The position numbers were made by a program, and so were the translations under genes. The notes under the pieces were generated by a model. That model did not search any database and was not told the DNA's origin. It saw only the letters and a list, made by a program, of their open reading frames with translations. A stretch of 63,229 nucleotides of DNA, the filler included, from Planctomycetota bacterium (GTDB lineage: Bacteria > Planctomycetota > Planctomycetia > JALXBF01): NCBI GenBank assembly GCA_026991575.1. It is 6 parts of 6 records of this genome, joined end to end, with 100 filler letters (N's around TTAATTAATTAA, not from the genome) between each part and the next. Parts side by side here need not be neighbours in the genome. Positions count along the whole stretch, not along the records: positions 20,996 to 49,061 come from JALXBF010000013.1; positions 49,162 to 60,627 come from JALXBF010000014.1; 4 more parts are not named here. One strand, 5' to 3'. Below are positions 48,857 to 59,032 of the stretch, in pieces. Each line of letters opens with the position of its first letter. Position 1 is the first letter of the stretch.

Positions 48857-48910
48857 GACCTGTCGCCGAGCTCAAGGGGTTAGCAGTGGTGGGCTTTGGA
48901 AGGCTGTGGA

Positions 48911-48916
48911 ATTATA
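48911..48916 (-). promoter_or_regulatory. Candidate -10 box of the resB-ccsA operon
   Basis: TATAAT on the minus strand ~55 nt upstream of the resB start. Confidence 0.4.
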
Positions 48917-49061
48917 AGCCACGGTGCCGGGGAGGGCAGACCAACGGCAGGTCCGGGCATGTTCACGACTGCTCGTTGCGCGGGGCGCACTCTAGAGGGC
49001 TCAAACCAGGGCATCACGCACGCGAAAGCTCCAGCGCTGCATAGATTCCCGCAGGCAGCGT

Positions 49062-49161
49062 NNNNNNNNNNNNNNNNNNNNNNNNNNNNNNNNNNNNNNN
49101 NNNNNTTAATTAATTAANNNNNNNNNNNNNNNNNNNNNNNNNNNNNNNNNNNNNNNNNNNN
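49062..49161. other. Artificial contig spacer
   Basis: N block with TTAATTAATTAA. Confidence 0.99.
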
Positions 49162-49998
49162 TGTGTTTCCACCGTACCACGACACGGTGGCCGTGCGAGC
49201 CTTGCTCCGATGAGCCCGGACAAAGTCGACAGGCCGGGGCAGTCGCTGGCCTAGCTTGCGTGGCCGACCGCGGCGTCGCTGGGAACGGACAGGCGGAGCC
49301 GCGTAGAGCAGGCAGCGTGGATGGCATTTGCCGACCAGGGTGACGCAGTCGGCGTGACGCACTGCGAAGCGGGCGAGCAGGTGCGTGCTGAAGCCGCCGT
49401 CGACGGCCAGAGTGAAGCGAACTCCTGGCAGCCAGCAAAAAACCCTGTACAACAGGCCAATCGCCAGCTCGCTGGGACTGCGGTACTTCCGGCCCAGGGC
49501 TTCGCACACGTCTTTGGGCAGGTACAAAGCCACGGCAAGCGGTAAGGCAAGCTTGCGGGTGGTCCAGGGCACAGGTACCAGAAGAGCCAACACGATCCAG
49601 CGGTGCCCGTAGACGGTTACCGTGTGTGCCTGCGAAGAGCGGACCCCGTCGCGATGGCGTCCCTTGCCCCAGACATGTTTGCCGCGGTGTTCGACGGTCG
49701 TGTCATCCAGAACAAGCTCCAGCACGCCCACTCTGGCCCGGAACGTCTTGACCAGCTGCCTGGCCAACACGCCGCCCACCACCCATAACTTCCACGGAGC
49801 CTCGGACAGGAACCGGCAAAAGCTGCAGAGGTGCAAGTCAGCGATCGGCTCGATGGTCCGGACGATGTTTGCCACCGTGCGTCGCCCGTTGCATACAACC
49901 GCACCGAGCAGCAGGACGATGAACCGACGGAACGACCGCTCGGTGAAGGCAACCGCGAAGGGCTCAACCACGCTAGCGAGCGAGTTGCTGAGGCGCAT
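49162..49998 (-). CDS. DDE transposase (IS701/DDE_5-like), 3'-truncated
   Basis: FCRFLSEAPW, LVLDDTT, GRHRDGVRSS, YGHRWIVL and LAVDGGF motifs. Confidence 0.88.
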
Positions 49999-50170
49999 CT
50001 TCGCCCTCCCTGGCTGGTGGTTTCGGTTTTTCTCACCGAGGCCCAGGTGGCCTCACTCACAAGAATCCTACCGCCAGGGAGGTTTTTTGTCCCCCTCTGC
50101 TGCCCCAAGAACCGGTTCCCTCAGCCCCTACCACGCCCACGCCGGATGACAAGAAACCCCAAGAGTCGAG
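49162..50170 (-). mobile_element. IS701-like insertion sequence (left end plus partial transposase)
   Basis: DDE transposase ORF cut by the contig end; candidate left terminus CTCGACTCTTGG at 50170 abutting CTGAG (terminus inferred). Confidence 0.7.
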
Positions 50171-50760
50171 CTGAGGTACGCTCTCGCTACAGCTCGCTTT
50201 CATCACCACGCCCCCTGTTGCGTATACCCTGCCCCCGCAGCTCTTGTCTCAGATCAGACTGCCCGGACCAGCTCTTCCCAGCCCACACAGCCAGATCAGC
50301 TCTGTTCCTCCGGCAGCAGATCCATCAAGCCCACCACCCGCCGAGCTCCGGCCGAAAACATGTGCCGCGTACGCTGCCGCCACGGGCCCCGCTGACGTCG
50401 GAAGCGAGAATTCGGCCGCCGCTACCCTGGGCGTCCATGGCCAACCGCAACGCCTGACGCTCCGGACCCGGACGCGGCAATGACACCAGCACAGACAAGC
50501 AACACGCGAAGATCAACCGCACCTCGTCCGTGCCTTTCGCCCCGTGTAACGCCCCGGGGCCGAACGGCCAAGCCGCCGATCCGGAGCAGCCGCCCTGGCA
50601 GCGCGCTCTTTGGGCCAGCCTATCGGCCCCCCCAGCCGCCTCACCGCCTATCCCGTCCAGGGCCCAGACGCCCGAGAGCTAAATCGATCCCGGCCAACAG
50701 ATCCGCCAACCAGTCAGGTTACGCCGAAGCAAACAGACGGCTCCACGCTAGACACGCCTC

Positions 50761-50810
50761 TTGACAGCCGCGGGCCGTGCTGGTGTAATTAATTCGGAGT
50801 CCGATATAAT
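50761..50810 (+). promoter_or_regulatory. sigma70 promoter of protoglobin with adjacent palindromic operator
   Basis: TTGACA (50761), 17 bp, TGTAAT (50784); dyad TCGGA-G-TCCGA at 50794-50804. Confidence 0.7.
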
Positions 50811-50832
50811 CGGGTAACGTGGAGGTCGAGCG

Positions 50833-51414
50833 ATGGCTACAGCGATCCCCGGCTACGAGTACGGCACCGTCCAACGATCGCCTGTCACCCTCGCGCAGCT
50901 TGCCGAACTGAAGCAAGCCGTTGGCTGGAGTGACGAAGACGAGCGTTACCTGAAGCTCGCTGGCGAAGTGCTCGCCGATCAAGTCGACGCCATTCTGGAC
51001 CTGTGGTATGGCTTCGTCGGCTCCGTCCCCGCCCTGCTGCACTACTTCACCGGACCCGACGGCCGCCCCCTTGAGAACTACCTCCAGGCGGTGCGCAAGC
51101 GGTTCGGACAGTGGATCCTCGACACCTGTCGGCGCCCCTATGACCAGCAGTGGCTCGACTACCAGCACGAAATCGGCCTCCGCCACCACCGGACAAAGAA
51201 AAACCAGACCGACCGCGTTCAGGCTCCAGAACACATCCCTCTCCGCTACCTGATCGCTCTGAGCGCGCCGATCACACTGACCATCAAACCGTTCCTCGCC
51301 TCCCGAGGCCACAGCGAAGAAACGGTCGAGAAGATGCACGCAGCATGGACCAAGGCAGTCATCCTTCAGGTCGCGCTCTGGAGCTACCCGTACGCCCGAG
51401 ACGGTGATTGGTAA
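50833..51414 (+). CDS. Protoglobin
   Basis: IPGYEYG N-terminus, WLDYQHEIGLRHHRTKKNQTD and MHAAWTKAVILQVALW motifs; GGAGG RBS. Confidence 0.93.
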   Translation: MATAIPGYEYGTVQRSPVTLAQLAELKQAVGWSDEDERYLKLAGEVLADQVDAILDLWYGFVGSVPALLHYFTGPDGRPLENYLQAVRKRFGQWILDTCRRPYDQQWLDYQHEIGLRHHRTKKNQTDRVQAPEHIPLRYLIALSAPITLTIKPFLASRGHSEETVEKMHAAWTKAVILQVALWSYPYARDGDW

Positions 51415-51886
51415 CCCGGCGCCGCGGCCGGCCCTGCAGCCATTCTGCCCGAGCAGTCCGAGCCGGTTCGGAGGCAACGGACGCGGCACGGTACGAATTC
51501 GCCTACCGCCACCTGGGCCGTTCCGCAACTAACTGTCCCCTTGCACGCGCTGCCGACGGGCCAGGCGAACCGGTGGCGGATGCCTGGTCCCCGGATTCCC
51601 CCTGCCAGGGTTCGATATCCGACTGGCCGCCGGCCTGGTTGTCCCCTCTGCCGACAGAAACAGCGTCGCCAACGGCATGTTGCGGTGGACCTCATGTTGG
51701 CCGGGCGCGGTGCCTCTAGCGGTAGGACCGCGCGCAGCGAAATCGACCCGGCAGCCTCACTTGTTGTACACTCGAATGCGCCCACCCGAGGGCTGCCGGT
51801 GCCGTGTTGGTCGGTTGAGCATCTCGAGCGGGCGGCTCTGCGCGAGGGAAGAGGCACCCGCCAGGTACGCAACACGAGAACCATAA

Positions 51887-52468
51887 ATGCATGAGCTGGA
51901 CAGTAAGATCGTTGCTGCCCTTGAACGGTTAAGCGAAGCGCTGCGCGGGGAGCTCGCCCGGCAGGCACGTCAGTACGGACTGAGTCGCCTGCAAGCCCAG
52001 GTCCTCATCTATCTCAACTTAGCGCAACGACGGGCGGCAACCGTAGGCATCCACGAACTGGCCACCGCCTTCGGCCTCGTGCCAGCTACCGTAAGCGAAG
52101 CGGTCGCCACGCTAGCAGCCAAGGGGCTTCTGACCAAGCAGCCTGGCCGGCGGGATGCGCGGGCGGTTGAGCTGAAGCTGTCGCGGCGCGGTCAGGTGAT
52201 CGCCGGCAAACTGGCCGGTTGGACCGCCGAGCTGAGCGAAACGCTCAACACGCTGCCGCGGCACCAGAAGGAAGCCACGCTCCGGGTGTTGCTGGAGCTC
52301 ATCGCCGCGCTGCAGCGGCACGGCCGTGTGCCCTACGTTCGCATGTGCCTGACATGCGCATATTTTGAACGGCCGTCCTTCTGCCACCTGCTGAACCGCC
52401 CGCTTGCCACCCACGAGCTGCGGGTCGATTGCCCCGACCACGTCCTATCCGAAGAGTTCAGTCATTAG
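51887..52468 (+). CDS. MarR family regulator with C-terminal Cys cluster
   Basis: wHTH with TVSEAVATLAAKGLL..DAR; tail RMCLTCAYF..FCHLL...LRVDCPDH. Confidence 0.88.
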   Translation: MHELDSKIVAALERLSEALRGELARQARQYGLSRLQAQVLIYLNLAQRRAATVGIHELATAFGLVPATVSEAVATLAAKGLLTKQPGRRDARAVELKLSRRGQVIAGKLAGWTAELSETLNTLPRHQKEATLRVLLELIAALQRHGRVPYVRMCLTCAYFERPSFCHLLNRPLATHELRVDCPDHVLSEEFSH

Positions 52469-52748
52469 CGTAGACACCGTGGCAGCGCCGGTCGCGGTTG
52501 CGGCCACCAGCACTGCCGTCGGCCCGTGCTCGTTGCTGCTGCGCTCATGGGACGGGGTTGGCAGTAGCCTGGCACGACGGCACGGACCTCGGCTGGGTGA
52601 GCAAACGTTCAGTAAGAGCCCGCCTCCGAAGGCTTTTTCCCGCGTGGTCGCACTTGTGAGGGCGTCTGCGGCCATTAAAATCGTTATCGCGTTGCCATCG
52701 CGTCGTCGTCCTGTTGTGCGGACAACCCGACACACGGAGGTGTCCACG

Positions 52749-53981
52749 GTGGAGCACACCATCTCGTACGCGTCAGCCCTGCTGGAGCGGGCCGACTACC
52801 TCTGTGAGCACCGGCTATACGAGCACGCCCTTCCTCTCTTGGAGCGTCTGTTGGAGCTTGAGCATGCTCCGGTGTGGGTGCGCCGTGAGGTGCTTGCCCT
52901 GCTTGCGGAGATCGAACTCGACCGCGGTCGCTACTACAAGGCGCGTCGCCACCTGACGGCCGCCCTGGCTTACGAGCCACGCGACGCCCATGTGCTGTTT
53001 CTGATCGGGCTATCGTTCGAATGGCAAGAAGAGCCGATGCTGGATCGGGCCTACCAGCACTACCGGCGTGCTGCGACGCTCAACCCAGAGAACCCGCTCT
53101 ACCTGGCCGCCCACCAATGCTTAAGAGCGGAGCTGTTCCAGAGCCACGCGGTACGTCGTGCGGCGGTTCGGCGGCTGGTTGAGGCGTACCATGCGGATCC
53201 GGACAGCCCGGAGGTTTGCTACTACTTTGCGCGGGGCCTGTTGGCAGCCGGCAAGGTGGGTCAGGCCGAATGGGTTGTGCGCCGGTCGCTGCGCCGGTGG
53301 CCGGAGCTGCCCGAGTTCGCTGAGCTCATGCAACGGATCCGCTTTGCCCGCGGCGAGCGAGCGCAGGGCACGGGCCGGCCGCAACTGAACGTTTATCACC
53401 CCCCGGCCGAAGGCGCTGCAGGAGCTGCCGACCGAGCGGACGACGCGCGCCCGATCCTCCGCTTTCCCGGCCTGGAGCCGCGTCGGCGTCAGCCTCGTCG
53501 GACGCCACGCCCAACGGGCCACTCACTCGTCGAGCTGCTCAGCCAGTGGCCCCAAGAGCGGCTCGCCGAATTGGCCGCCACGCTGCAACTACCGCCGCAG
53601 CAGGCAACACCGGCCGTGGTCGCCGAACGTCTGCAGGATCCTGCGACGCTGCGGCAGCTTCTGGCGCAGCTGCCGCGTGCTTCGGTCGATTGCCTGGCCG
53701 CTCTGTGCTGCCGCACGGTGTTCACGCCTGAGGGTTATGTGACCAGCGCCGAGCGCCCCTGCCCGAACGTGAGCCGACGGCGGCAGCAGCGGTGTCTTCA
53801 GGTGCTTTTGCGGCATGGTCTCGTCTTTGCCCTGACGGCGCGCGGCAAGGTTACTTTCCGCGCCACCCGGCGCACGACGCTGCTGGTTCCTACCCCTCTG
53901 TGGCCTGTGCTGCAGAACCTGCTGGATCAATGGGGGCGTGTGGAAGTTCCTCGCCCGGCTGCTGCCACGCAGGCCATGTAG
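52749..53981 (+). CDS. TPR protein with C-terminal helical/winged-helix-like domain
   Basis: GGAGG RBS before GTG at 52749; about 5 TPRs, Pro/Arg linker, C-terminal domain. Confidence 0.75.
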   Translation: MEHTISYASALLERADYLCEHRLYEHALPLLERLLELEHAPVWVRREVLALLAEIELDRGRYYKARRHLTAALAYEPRDAHVLFLIGLSFEWQEEPMLDRAYQHYRRAATLNPENPLYLAAHQCLRAELFQSHAVRRAAVRRLVEAYHADPDSPEVCYYFARGLLAAGKVGQAEWVVRRSLRRWPELPEFAELMQRIRFARGERAQGTGRPQLNVYHPPAEGAAGAADRADDARPILRFPGLEPRRRQPRRTPRPTGHSLVELLSQWPQERLAELAATLQLPPQQATPAVVAERLQDPATLRQLLAQLPRASVDCLAALCCRTVFTPEGYVTSAERPCPNVSRRRQQRCLQVLLRHGLVFALTARGKVTFRATRRTTLLVPTPLWPVLQNLLDQWGRVEVPRPAAATQAM

Positions 53982-54251
53982 ATGCCGGCAGCCGGTCCGC
54001 CGGACGGCCGGGCTGCTAGTCGCTTCGGCCGTCATCCCGCTCAACTCCGCGTCCGGTCGTTTTTCCCGAAGCGGCTTTGGCGTGCCAGCTTGCTCGTCGG
54101 TCGGCACAACCGCTCGCACACCGGACGCGCACGCGCTGAGCGCCGGCTACAACGGCGCGGTGCTCCTGGAGCGGCCAGCCGTTCAACGGGTTCGTGGCCG
54201 CGGGTGCTATCATGGGGTAAGCCGGTCTGTCGCTTGCAGGTTTTCACCGAC

Positions 54252-55205
54252 ATGGCAGCAGTACCCCAGGTCGTGTGCATCCATGGCATCACGAGCCGCG
54301 TCAGTGACCTGCCGTATCGGCCGTTCGCCACCGCGTTGCGCGACGAAGTGGATCAGGTCGAGTTTCACTTCACCGACTGGCGGCGTCACAGCGCCCGCCG
54401 GCTTGACGTGCACCGGGTGCTGGGCGAGGAGCCCTTTCGGCCCCCGTTTGACGAGCTGCTCCAAAAGTACCGCCCGCCGACGCTCTCCGAGCGGGCTGCC
54501 CTGTGGCTGGCACGCTACGAGCGAGACGTGACAGCGCAGCATCCCTGCTGGAATCCGGCGACGATCGCGTTCAAGGGAGAGCTGAGGCTGCTGGGTTGGC
54601 TGCTCGATTACGTGGCCGACGTCGAACTCTATCTGCGGGACGAGGACGCACGCGAGGCGATCCAGCAGGATATCGAGTTGGCCATCCGCGCCGCTGCCCA
54701 GCAGGGCCCGACGATCGTGGTAGCGCACAGCCTAGGCACGGTGATCGCTTACGAGGTCTTGCATCAACGCGTGCCGCTGGATCGCGTGGTGCTGTTCGTC
54801 ACGCTGGGTTCACCGCTGCAGCTTCTGCTGTACGAGTTTCACGGTTTCGGCCTGGTTGGCTTCGAGCTGCTCCTGCCTGAGCACATTGCCTGGCTGAACT
54901 ATCACGACATTAAGGACGTGGTTGCTTCCGAGCTGGTAACCGGCGATTTCCAGCGACACCGCCGCCGCGACTTGTACGTGCGCTCACTGCTCGGTTTCCG
55001 AGAAGTTGGTCTTGGCGAGTTCGGCGGTGACCTGAGCATTCGCTTCGAGCAGTTCTGGCAGCACGTCACCCGGCCGGTTCGGGCCAACATTGCGCTGAAC
55101 CGCTATCCCAGCGCCCTGCTGGCGCATAACGGCTACTGGCATTTCAGCGCCAATTACGTGGCCATCGTGCGCATGGTGGCCGCGTTCCTGAGAGAGCTCC
55201 TCTGA
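54252..55205 (+). CDS. Alpha/beta hydrolase (lipase-like)
   Basis: CIHGI, VAHSLG nucleophile elbow, VTLGSPL, KDVVA and AHNGYW. Confidence 0.82.
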   Translation: MAAVPQVVCIHGITSRVSDLPYRPFATALRDEVDQVEFHFTDWRRHSARRLDVHRVLGEEPFRPPFDELLQKYRPPTLSERAALWLARYERDVTAQHPCWNPATIAFKGELRLLGWLLDYVADVELYLRDEDAREAIQQDIELAIRAAAQQGPTIVVAHSLGTVIAYEVLHQRVPLDRVVLFVTLGSPLQLLLYEFHGFGLVGFELLLPEHIAWLNYHDIKDVVASELVTGDFQRHRRRDLYVRSLLGFREVGLGEFGGDLSIRFEQFWQHVTRPVRANIALNRYPSALLAHNGYWHFSANYVAIVRMVAAFLRELL

Positions 55206-55222
55206 CGCCCGCGCGCCGGGTG

Positions 55223-55453
55223 TCAATCGCCTCGGACGTCGTGCCCTCTGCGCAGGATCAGATACACGGTCAGCGCCACGTAGAGGAGGCAGAGCACGGT
55301 GAGCGTGTAACCGCTATGCTCGTGGGCCATACGGATGCCGATATCGGCGGTTCCGGTCAGCAGCACGCGGCCCAGCACGAACTGGACCACGGCCAACAGA
55401 CCGACGGCCATGCCGAGCACGACGACAAGTCCTTTTTGCCACAGTGGGATCAT
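55223..55453 (-). CDS. Small two-TM membrane protein
   Basis: 76 aa, two hydrophobic helices, GGAG RBS, directly downstream of tmk. Confidence 0.65.
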   Translation of the reverse strand: MIPLWQKGLVVVLGMAVGLLAVVQFVLGRVLLTGTADIGIRMAHEHSGYTLTVLCLLYVALTVYLILRRGHDVRGD

Positions 55454-55475
55454 TGCTCCGCACCGTTCGACGCGG

Positions 55476-56180
55476 TCATTCCTGGGATGCAGCACAGCGG
55501 CTCTGAGCCAGGAGCTCGGTGACCGCGTGCCAAACGTCCTCGTGCACCTCTTCGATGGACCGAAGCGCGCCGCCCGGTTCGCGCTCCAGCGGGACTCTGC
55601 GCCAGTGGCGATCGGCAGCTAGCCGACCGTACATGGTCCGCACGGCGGCCAGATACTCGACGTCGGCTTCGTGCAGGTCCGCTTTCAGGGCCGTGTACCG
55701 CCGCGCCCCCTTGCGGGCCACGAGCTGTTGCGCCACCTCCGGGGGAACGTCCAGCCAGATGACCAGCTCCGGCCGGGGCAATTCGTAGACGTCGTACTCG
55801 ATCTGTTCCAACCAACTGCAGAACTCCGCGCGACGCTCGCACGGTACGCGCGCCCCCTGATGAGCGACGTTCGACGGGACGTAGCGGTCGAAGATGACGC
55901 AATCGTACCGCCTGCGGCATCGCTCGATCAGTTCGCGCGATTCGAACCGGTCGCCCGCAAAGAGCAGCGCGGCGAACTCGGGAGGAATCCGCTCCAGCGG
56001 TCCGAACTCACCGTTCAGGTAGCGGGCGATGGCACGTCCGAAGAGCGTTTCTTGATAGCGTGGGAAAGCGATAATGGTGCTCGAGACGCCCGACTGCTGG
56101 AGCCGCTGATGCAGCAGGCGTGCCTGCGTGCCCTTGCCCGAGCCATCGATCCCTTCCAGCGCCACTAGCAGCCCGGCCAT
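55476..56180 (-). CDS. tmk: Thymidylate kinase
   Basis: LEGIDGSGKGTQ, FPRY, LFAGDR and FDRY motifs; TAATG coupling to ribBA. Confidence 0.93.
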   Translation of the reverse strand: MAGLLVALEGIDGSGKGTQARLLHQRLQQSGVSSTIIAFPRYQETLFGRAIARYLNGEFGPLERIPPEFAALLFAGDRFESRELIERCRRRYDCVIFDRYVPSNVAHQGARVPCERRAEFCSWLEQIEYDVYELPRPELVIWLDVPPEVAQQLVARKGARRYTALKADLHEADVEYLAAVRTMYGRLAADRHWRRVPLEREPGGALRSIEEVHEDVWHAVTELLAQSRCAASQE

Positions 56181-57487
56181 TAGCACGACTCCGCATGTCC
56201 GGACCGCTGTTCCCGCTGGCTGTCACCATCGACCGACGGTCCTTCTGCCGTTTGTTCCGGCGCCTGTTGCGGGGGCAACAGGTGTCCCATCTTTTCGCGT
56301 TTGGTCTCCAGGTAGCGCGCCCGTGCCGGGTCGTAGGGGGCCAGGATGGGGATCTGATCAACCACCTCCAGGTCGAAGCTGCGGTACAGGAAGTTGATCG
56401 CTTCGATCTTCTTCGGGTTGTTCGTCAGCAGGCGGATGCGGGTCAGGCCGAGGTCTTTGAGAATCTGGGCGCCGATGCCATAGTCACGCCGGTCGGCCCG
56501 ATAGCCCAGTGCCCGGTTTGCTTCGACCGTGTCGAGCCCCTGGCGCTGCAACTGATAGGCCCGCAGCTTCTCGCTGAGTCGCCCGATGCCCCGGCCTTCT
56601 TGTGGCAGATAGACCAGCACGCCACAGCCTTCCTGACGCATCATCTCAAGCGCCTGGTGCAACTGGTCACCGCAGTCGCACTGCAGCGACGCCAGGAGGT
56701 CGCCCGTAAAGCAGGAGGAATGCATCCGGACCAGCGGCATCGGGTGAGCCGTTGGGTCGCCGATCACCAACGCTAGCGGCTCCTGATCCTCATAGGCAAC
56801 CTCGTAGCTGATTACCCGCAACGTGCCGTAGCGTGTCTTCAACGGCACTTCGACCGTGCGTCGGACCAGCCGTTCCGTGCGGCGGCGGAACCGGATGAGG
56901 TCCTCGATGGCCACGACCAGCAGACCGTGGCGCCGGGCGAACTCGAAGAGCCGCTCACCGCGGGCCATGTCCCCGTTGTCGTCCAGCACCTCGCACAGCA
57001 CGCCGCACGGCCTCAGCCCGGCCAGGCGGCACAGATCCACGCTGGCTTCCGTGTGCCCGGCACGGCGAAGCACCCCCCCTTCCTTGGCGATCAACGGAAA
57101 CACGTGCCCTGGTCGCACGAAGTCTTCCGCGACGCTCTCAGGATCCGCTAGGGCACGGATCGTCCGAGCCCGCTCGAAAGCCGAGATGCCCGTGCGACAA
57201 CTGACGTGGTCGACCGTGACGGTGAACGCGGTGCGCAGCGGGGCGGTGTTGTCTTCGACCATCAGTCGCAGGCCCAAGCGGCGTGCCGTCTCGGGCAAGA
57301 CCGATGTGCACAGCAGGCCGCGGCCGTGCGTGATCATGAAATTGACGGTGCTCGGTGTGATCCGCTCCGCCGCACCGATCAAGTCGCCTTCGTTCTCGCG
57401 ATCCTCCGAATCGACTACGATCACGAGCTTGCCGGCGGCGATAGCGTCGATTGCTTGTTCGATCGGAGCGTACTGTGGTTCAGACAT
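56180..57487 (-). CDS. ribBA: Bifunctional DHBP synthase/GTP cyclohydrolase II
   Basis: DRENEGDL, RAGHTEA, RMHSSCFTGD..CDCG, QEGRGIG and LLTNNPKK motifs. Confidence 0.96.
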   Translation of the reverse strand: MSEPQYAPIEQAIDAIAAGKLVIVVDSEDRENEGDLIGAAERITPSTVNFMITHGRGLLCTSVLPETARRLGLRLMVEDNTAPLRTAFTVTVDHVSCRTGISAFERARTIRALADPESVAEDFVRPGHVFPLIAKEGGVLRRAGHTEASVDLCRLAGLRPCGVLCEVLDDNGDMARGERLFEFARRHGLLVVAIEDLIRFRRRTERLVRRTVEVPLKTRYGTLRVISYEVAYEDQEPLALVIGDPTAHPMPLVRMHSSCFTGDLLASLQCDCGDQLHQALEMMRQEGCGVLVYLPQEGRGIGRLSEKLRAYQLQRQGLDTVEANRALGYRADRRDYGIGAQILKDLGLTRIRLLTNNPKKIEAINFLYRSFDLEVVDQIPILAPYDPARARYLETKREKMGHLLPPQQAPEQTAEGPSVDGDSQREQRSGHAESC

Positions 57488-57668
57488 GCGGTCACCTCTC
57501 GTCTGTGCCATCTTCCCGCTGATTATATTTGCCGCCTGCGGCGGCAGCCGCCTCGGCCGACCGGGTGCTGGGGCGTGACGCAGCGCACGGTGTAGAATGC
57601 GCCATGCACGCGGCGTGCGTGGCACCGACAGCACTCAAAGCTGCACAGCCGTGCCGGAGTTAGCCGGA

Positions 57669-58253
57669 ATGGACGTTCACGAGCGGATTGAGCGGTTTCG
57701 CCAGATGGTTGAGGCCGACCCGGAGAACGACCTGGGCCACTTCAGCCTGGGTCGCGCGCTTATGGACGCGGAGCGCTACGACGAGGCCGCCGGGGCACTG
57801 CGCCGAGCCATCGAACTGAATCCCCGCCTGTCGAAGGCCTACTACCTGCTGGGCCAGGCACTCCTGCGTCTGGACCGCCGCGACGAAGCGATCCAGACGC
57901 TAGAGCGCGGACTGCAGGTAGCTGCCGAACGGGGTGACGAAGGGCCGAGGGCCGAGATTGCGCAGCTGCTGGGCGAACTGGGTGTCGAAGTGTCCCAGGC
58001 GGAGGCAACCGCTCAGCCGACCAGCGGCGGGTTTCGCTGTCGACGCTGCGGCGCCGCGGGACCACAGCTCGAGGAACCGCCTCTGAGCGACGCGTTGGGC
58101 CAGCAGATCCAGCAGCACATCTGCACCGCATGCTGGCAGGAGTGGCTGGCCATGGGGATCAAAGTCATCAATGAACTCCGCCTCGACCTCAGCCAGCGGC
58201 GCGGCCAGGAGATTTTCGATCAATACATGAAGGAATTCCTCAACCTGCCCTGA
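57669..58253 (+). CDS. TPR plus Fe(II)-trafficking (YggX-like) fusion protein
   Basis: N-terminal TPRs; C-terminal LGQQIQQHICTACWQEWL...KVINELRLDL...MKEFL. Confidence 0.85.
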   Translation: MDVHERIERFRQMVEADPENDLGHFSLGRALMDAERYDEAAGALRRAIELNPRLSKAYYLLGQALLRLDRRDEAIQTLERGLQVAAERGDEGPRAEIAQLLGELGVEVSQAEATAQPTSGGFRCRRCGAAGPQLEEPPLSDALGQQIQQHICTACWQEWLAMGIKVINELRLDLSQRRGQEIFDQYMKEFLNLP

Positions 58254-58280
58254 ACACGACAGCACGGACAGGTAAGCACG

Positions 58281-59027
58281 ATGGCCAGGTTCGCCGTTAT
58301 CTTCCCGGCAGCGGGCCTATCACGCCGGTTCAAGGATAAGCGCAAGAAGCCGTTCGCCGACCTGGAAGGACGGGCGGTCTGGATCCGATCGGTCGAACCG
58401 TTCCTGAACCGCGACGACGTCTGTCAGCTGCTGCTGGTCATCGCGGCCGAAGACCGGGAGGAGGTGACCAGGCGGTACCGAGCGAACCTTGCGTTCATGG
58501 GTATCCGCCTGGTAGAAGGCGGCGCGGAGCGGCACGATTCTGTGGCAGCCGCGCTGAACGAACTGGATGACGCGGTTGACTTCGTGGCCGTGCACGACGC
58601 CGTGCGACCGTGCGTGACCAAGGAGTTGATCGACGCGGTCTTTGCCGCCGCCGTCGAACACGGTGCCGCCATCCCGGCAATCCCGGTGGCCGACACGCTG
58701 AAGCGTGTGGATGAAAGCCGGAAGGTGGTGCAGGAGACCGTGTCGCGGGTAGGTATCTGGTGTGCCCAGACGCCACAGGCTTTCCGCCGCGATTGGCTAG
58801 TGGAGGCATACGCTCAGCGGCCCCCCGGTCCGGACGTTACCGACGACGCACAGCTCGTCGAGCGGGCCGGGCACCCTGTGGTCGTCGTGCCAGGCAGCCC
58901 GCTGAATTTGAAGATCACCACCCGTCAGGACCTGACCCTGGCGCGGGCGATCCTGCAGGCCATGCCCAAGCCGAAGGCGAAAGGGCCAATCCATCCGTTT
59001 GCCGAAGACCAGATGTGGCAGAGCTGA
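58281..59027 (+). CDS. ispD: 2-C-methyl-D-erythritol 4-phosphate cytidylyltransferase
   Basis: PAAGLSRRF, GGAERHDSV, VHDAVRP, QTPQAF, TDDA and NLKITT motifs. Confidence 0.95.
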   Translation: MARFAVIFPAAGLSRRFKDKRKKPFADLEGRAVWIRSVEPFLNRDDVCQLLLVIAAEDREEVTRRYRANLAFMGIRLVEGGAERHDSVAAALNELDDAVDFVAVHDAVRPCVTKELIDAVFAAAVEHGAAIPAIPVADTLKRVDESRKVVQETVSRVGIWCAQTPQAFRRDWLVEAYAQRPPGPDVTDDAQLVERAGHPVVVVPGSPLNLKITTRQDLTLARAILQAMPKPKAKGPIHPFAEDQMWQS

Positions 59028-59032
59028 CGACC

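Noticed and set aside
50185..50305. Four CAGCTC(T) motifs at ~30-50 bp spacing
   Set aside because: Too short and irregular to separate from chance.
50325..50522. 65-aa ORF with signal-peptide-like start next to the IS
   Set aside because: No recognisable domain and low complexity; cannot be supported as a gene.
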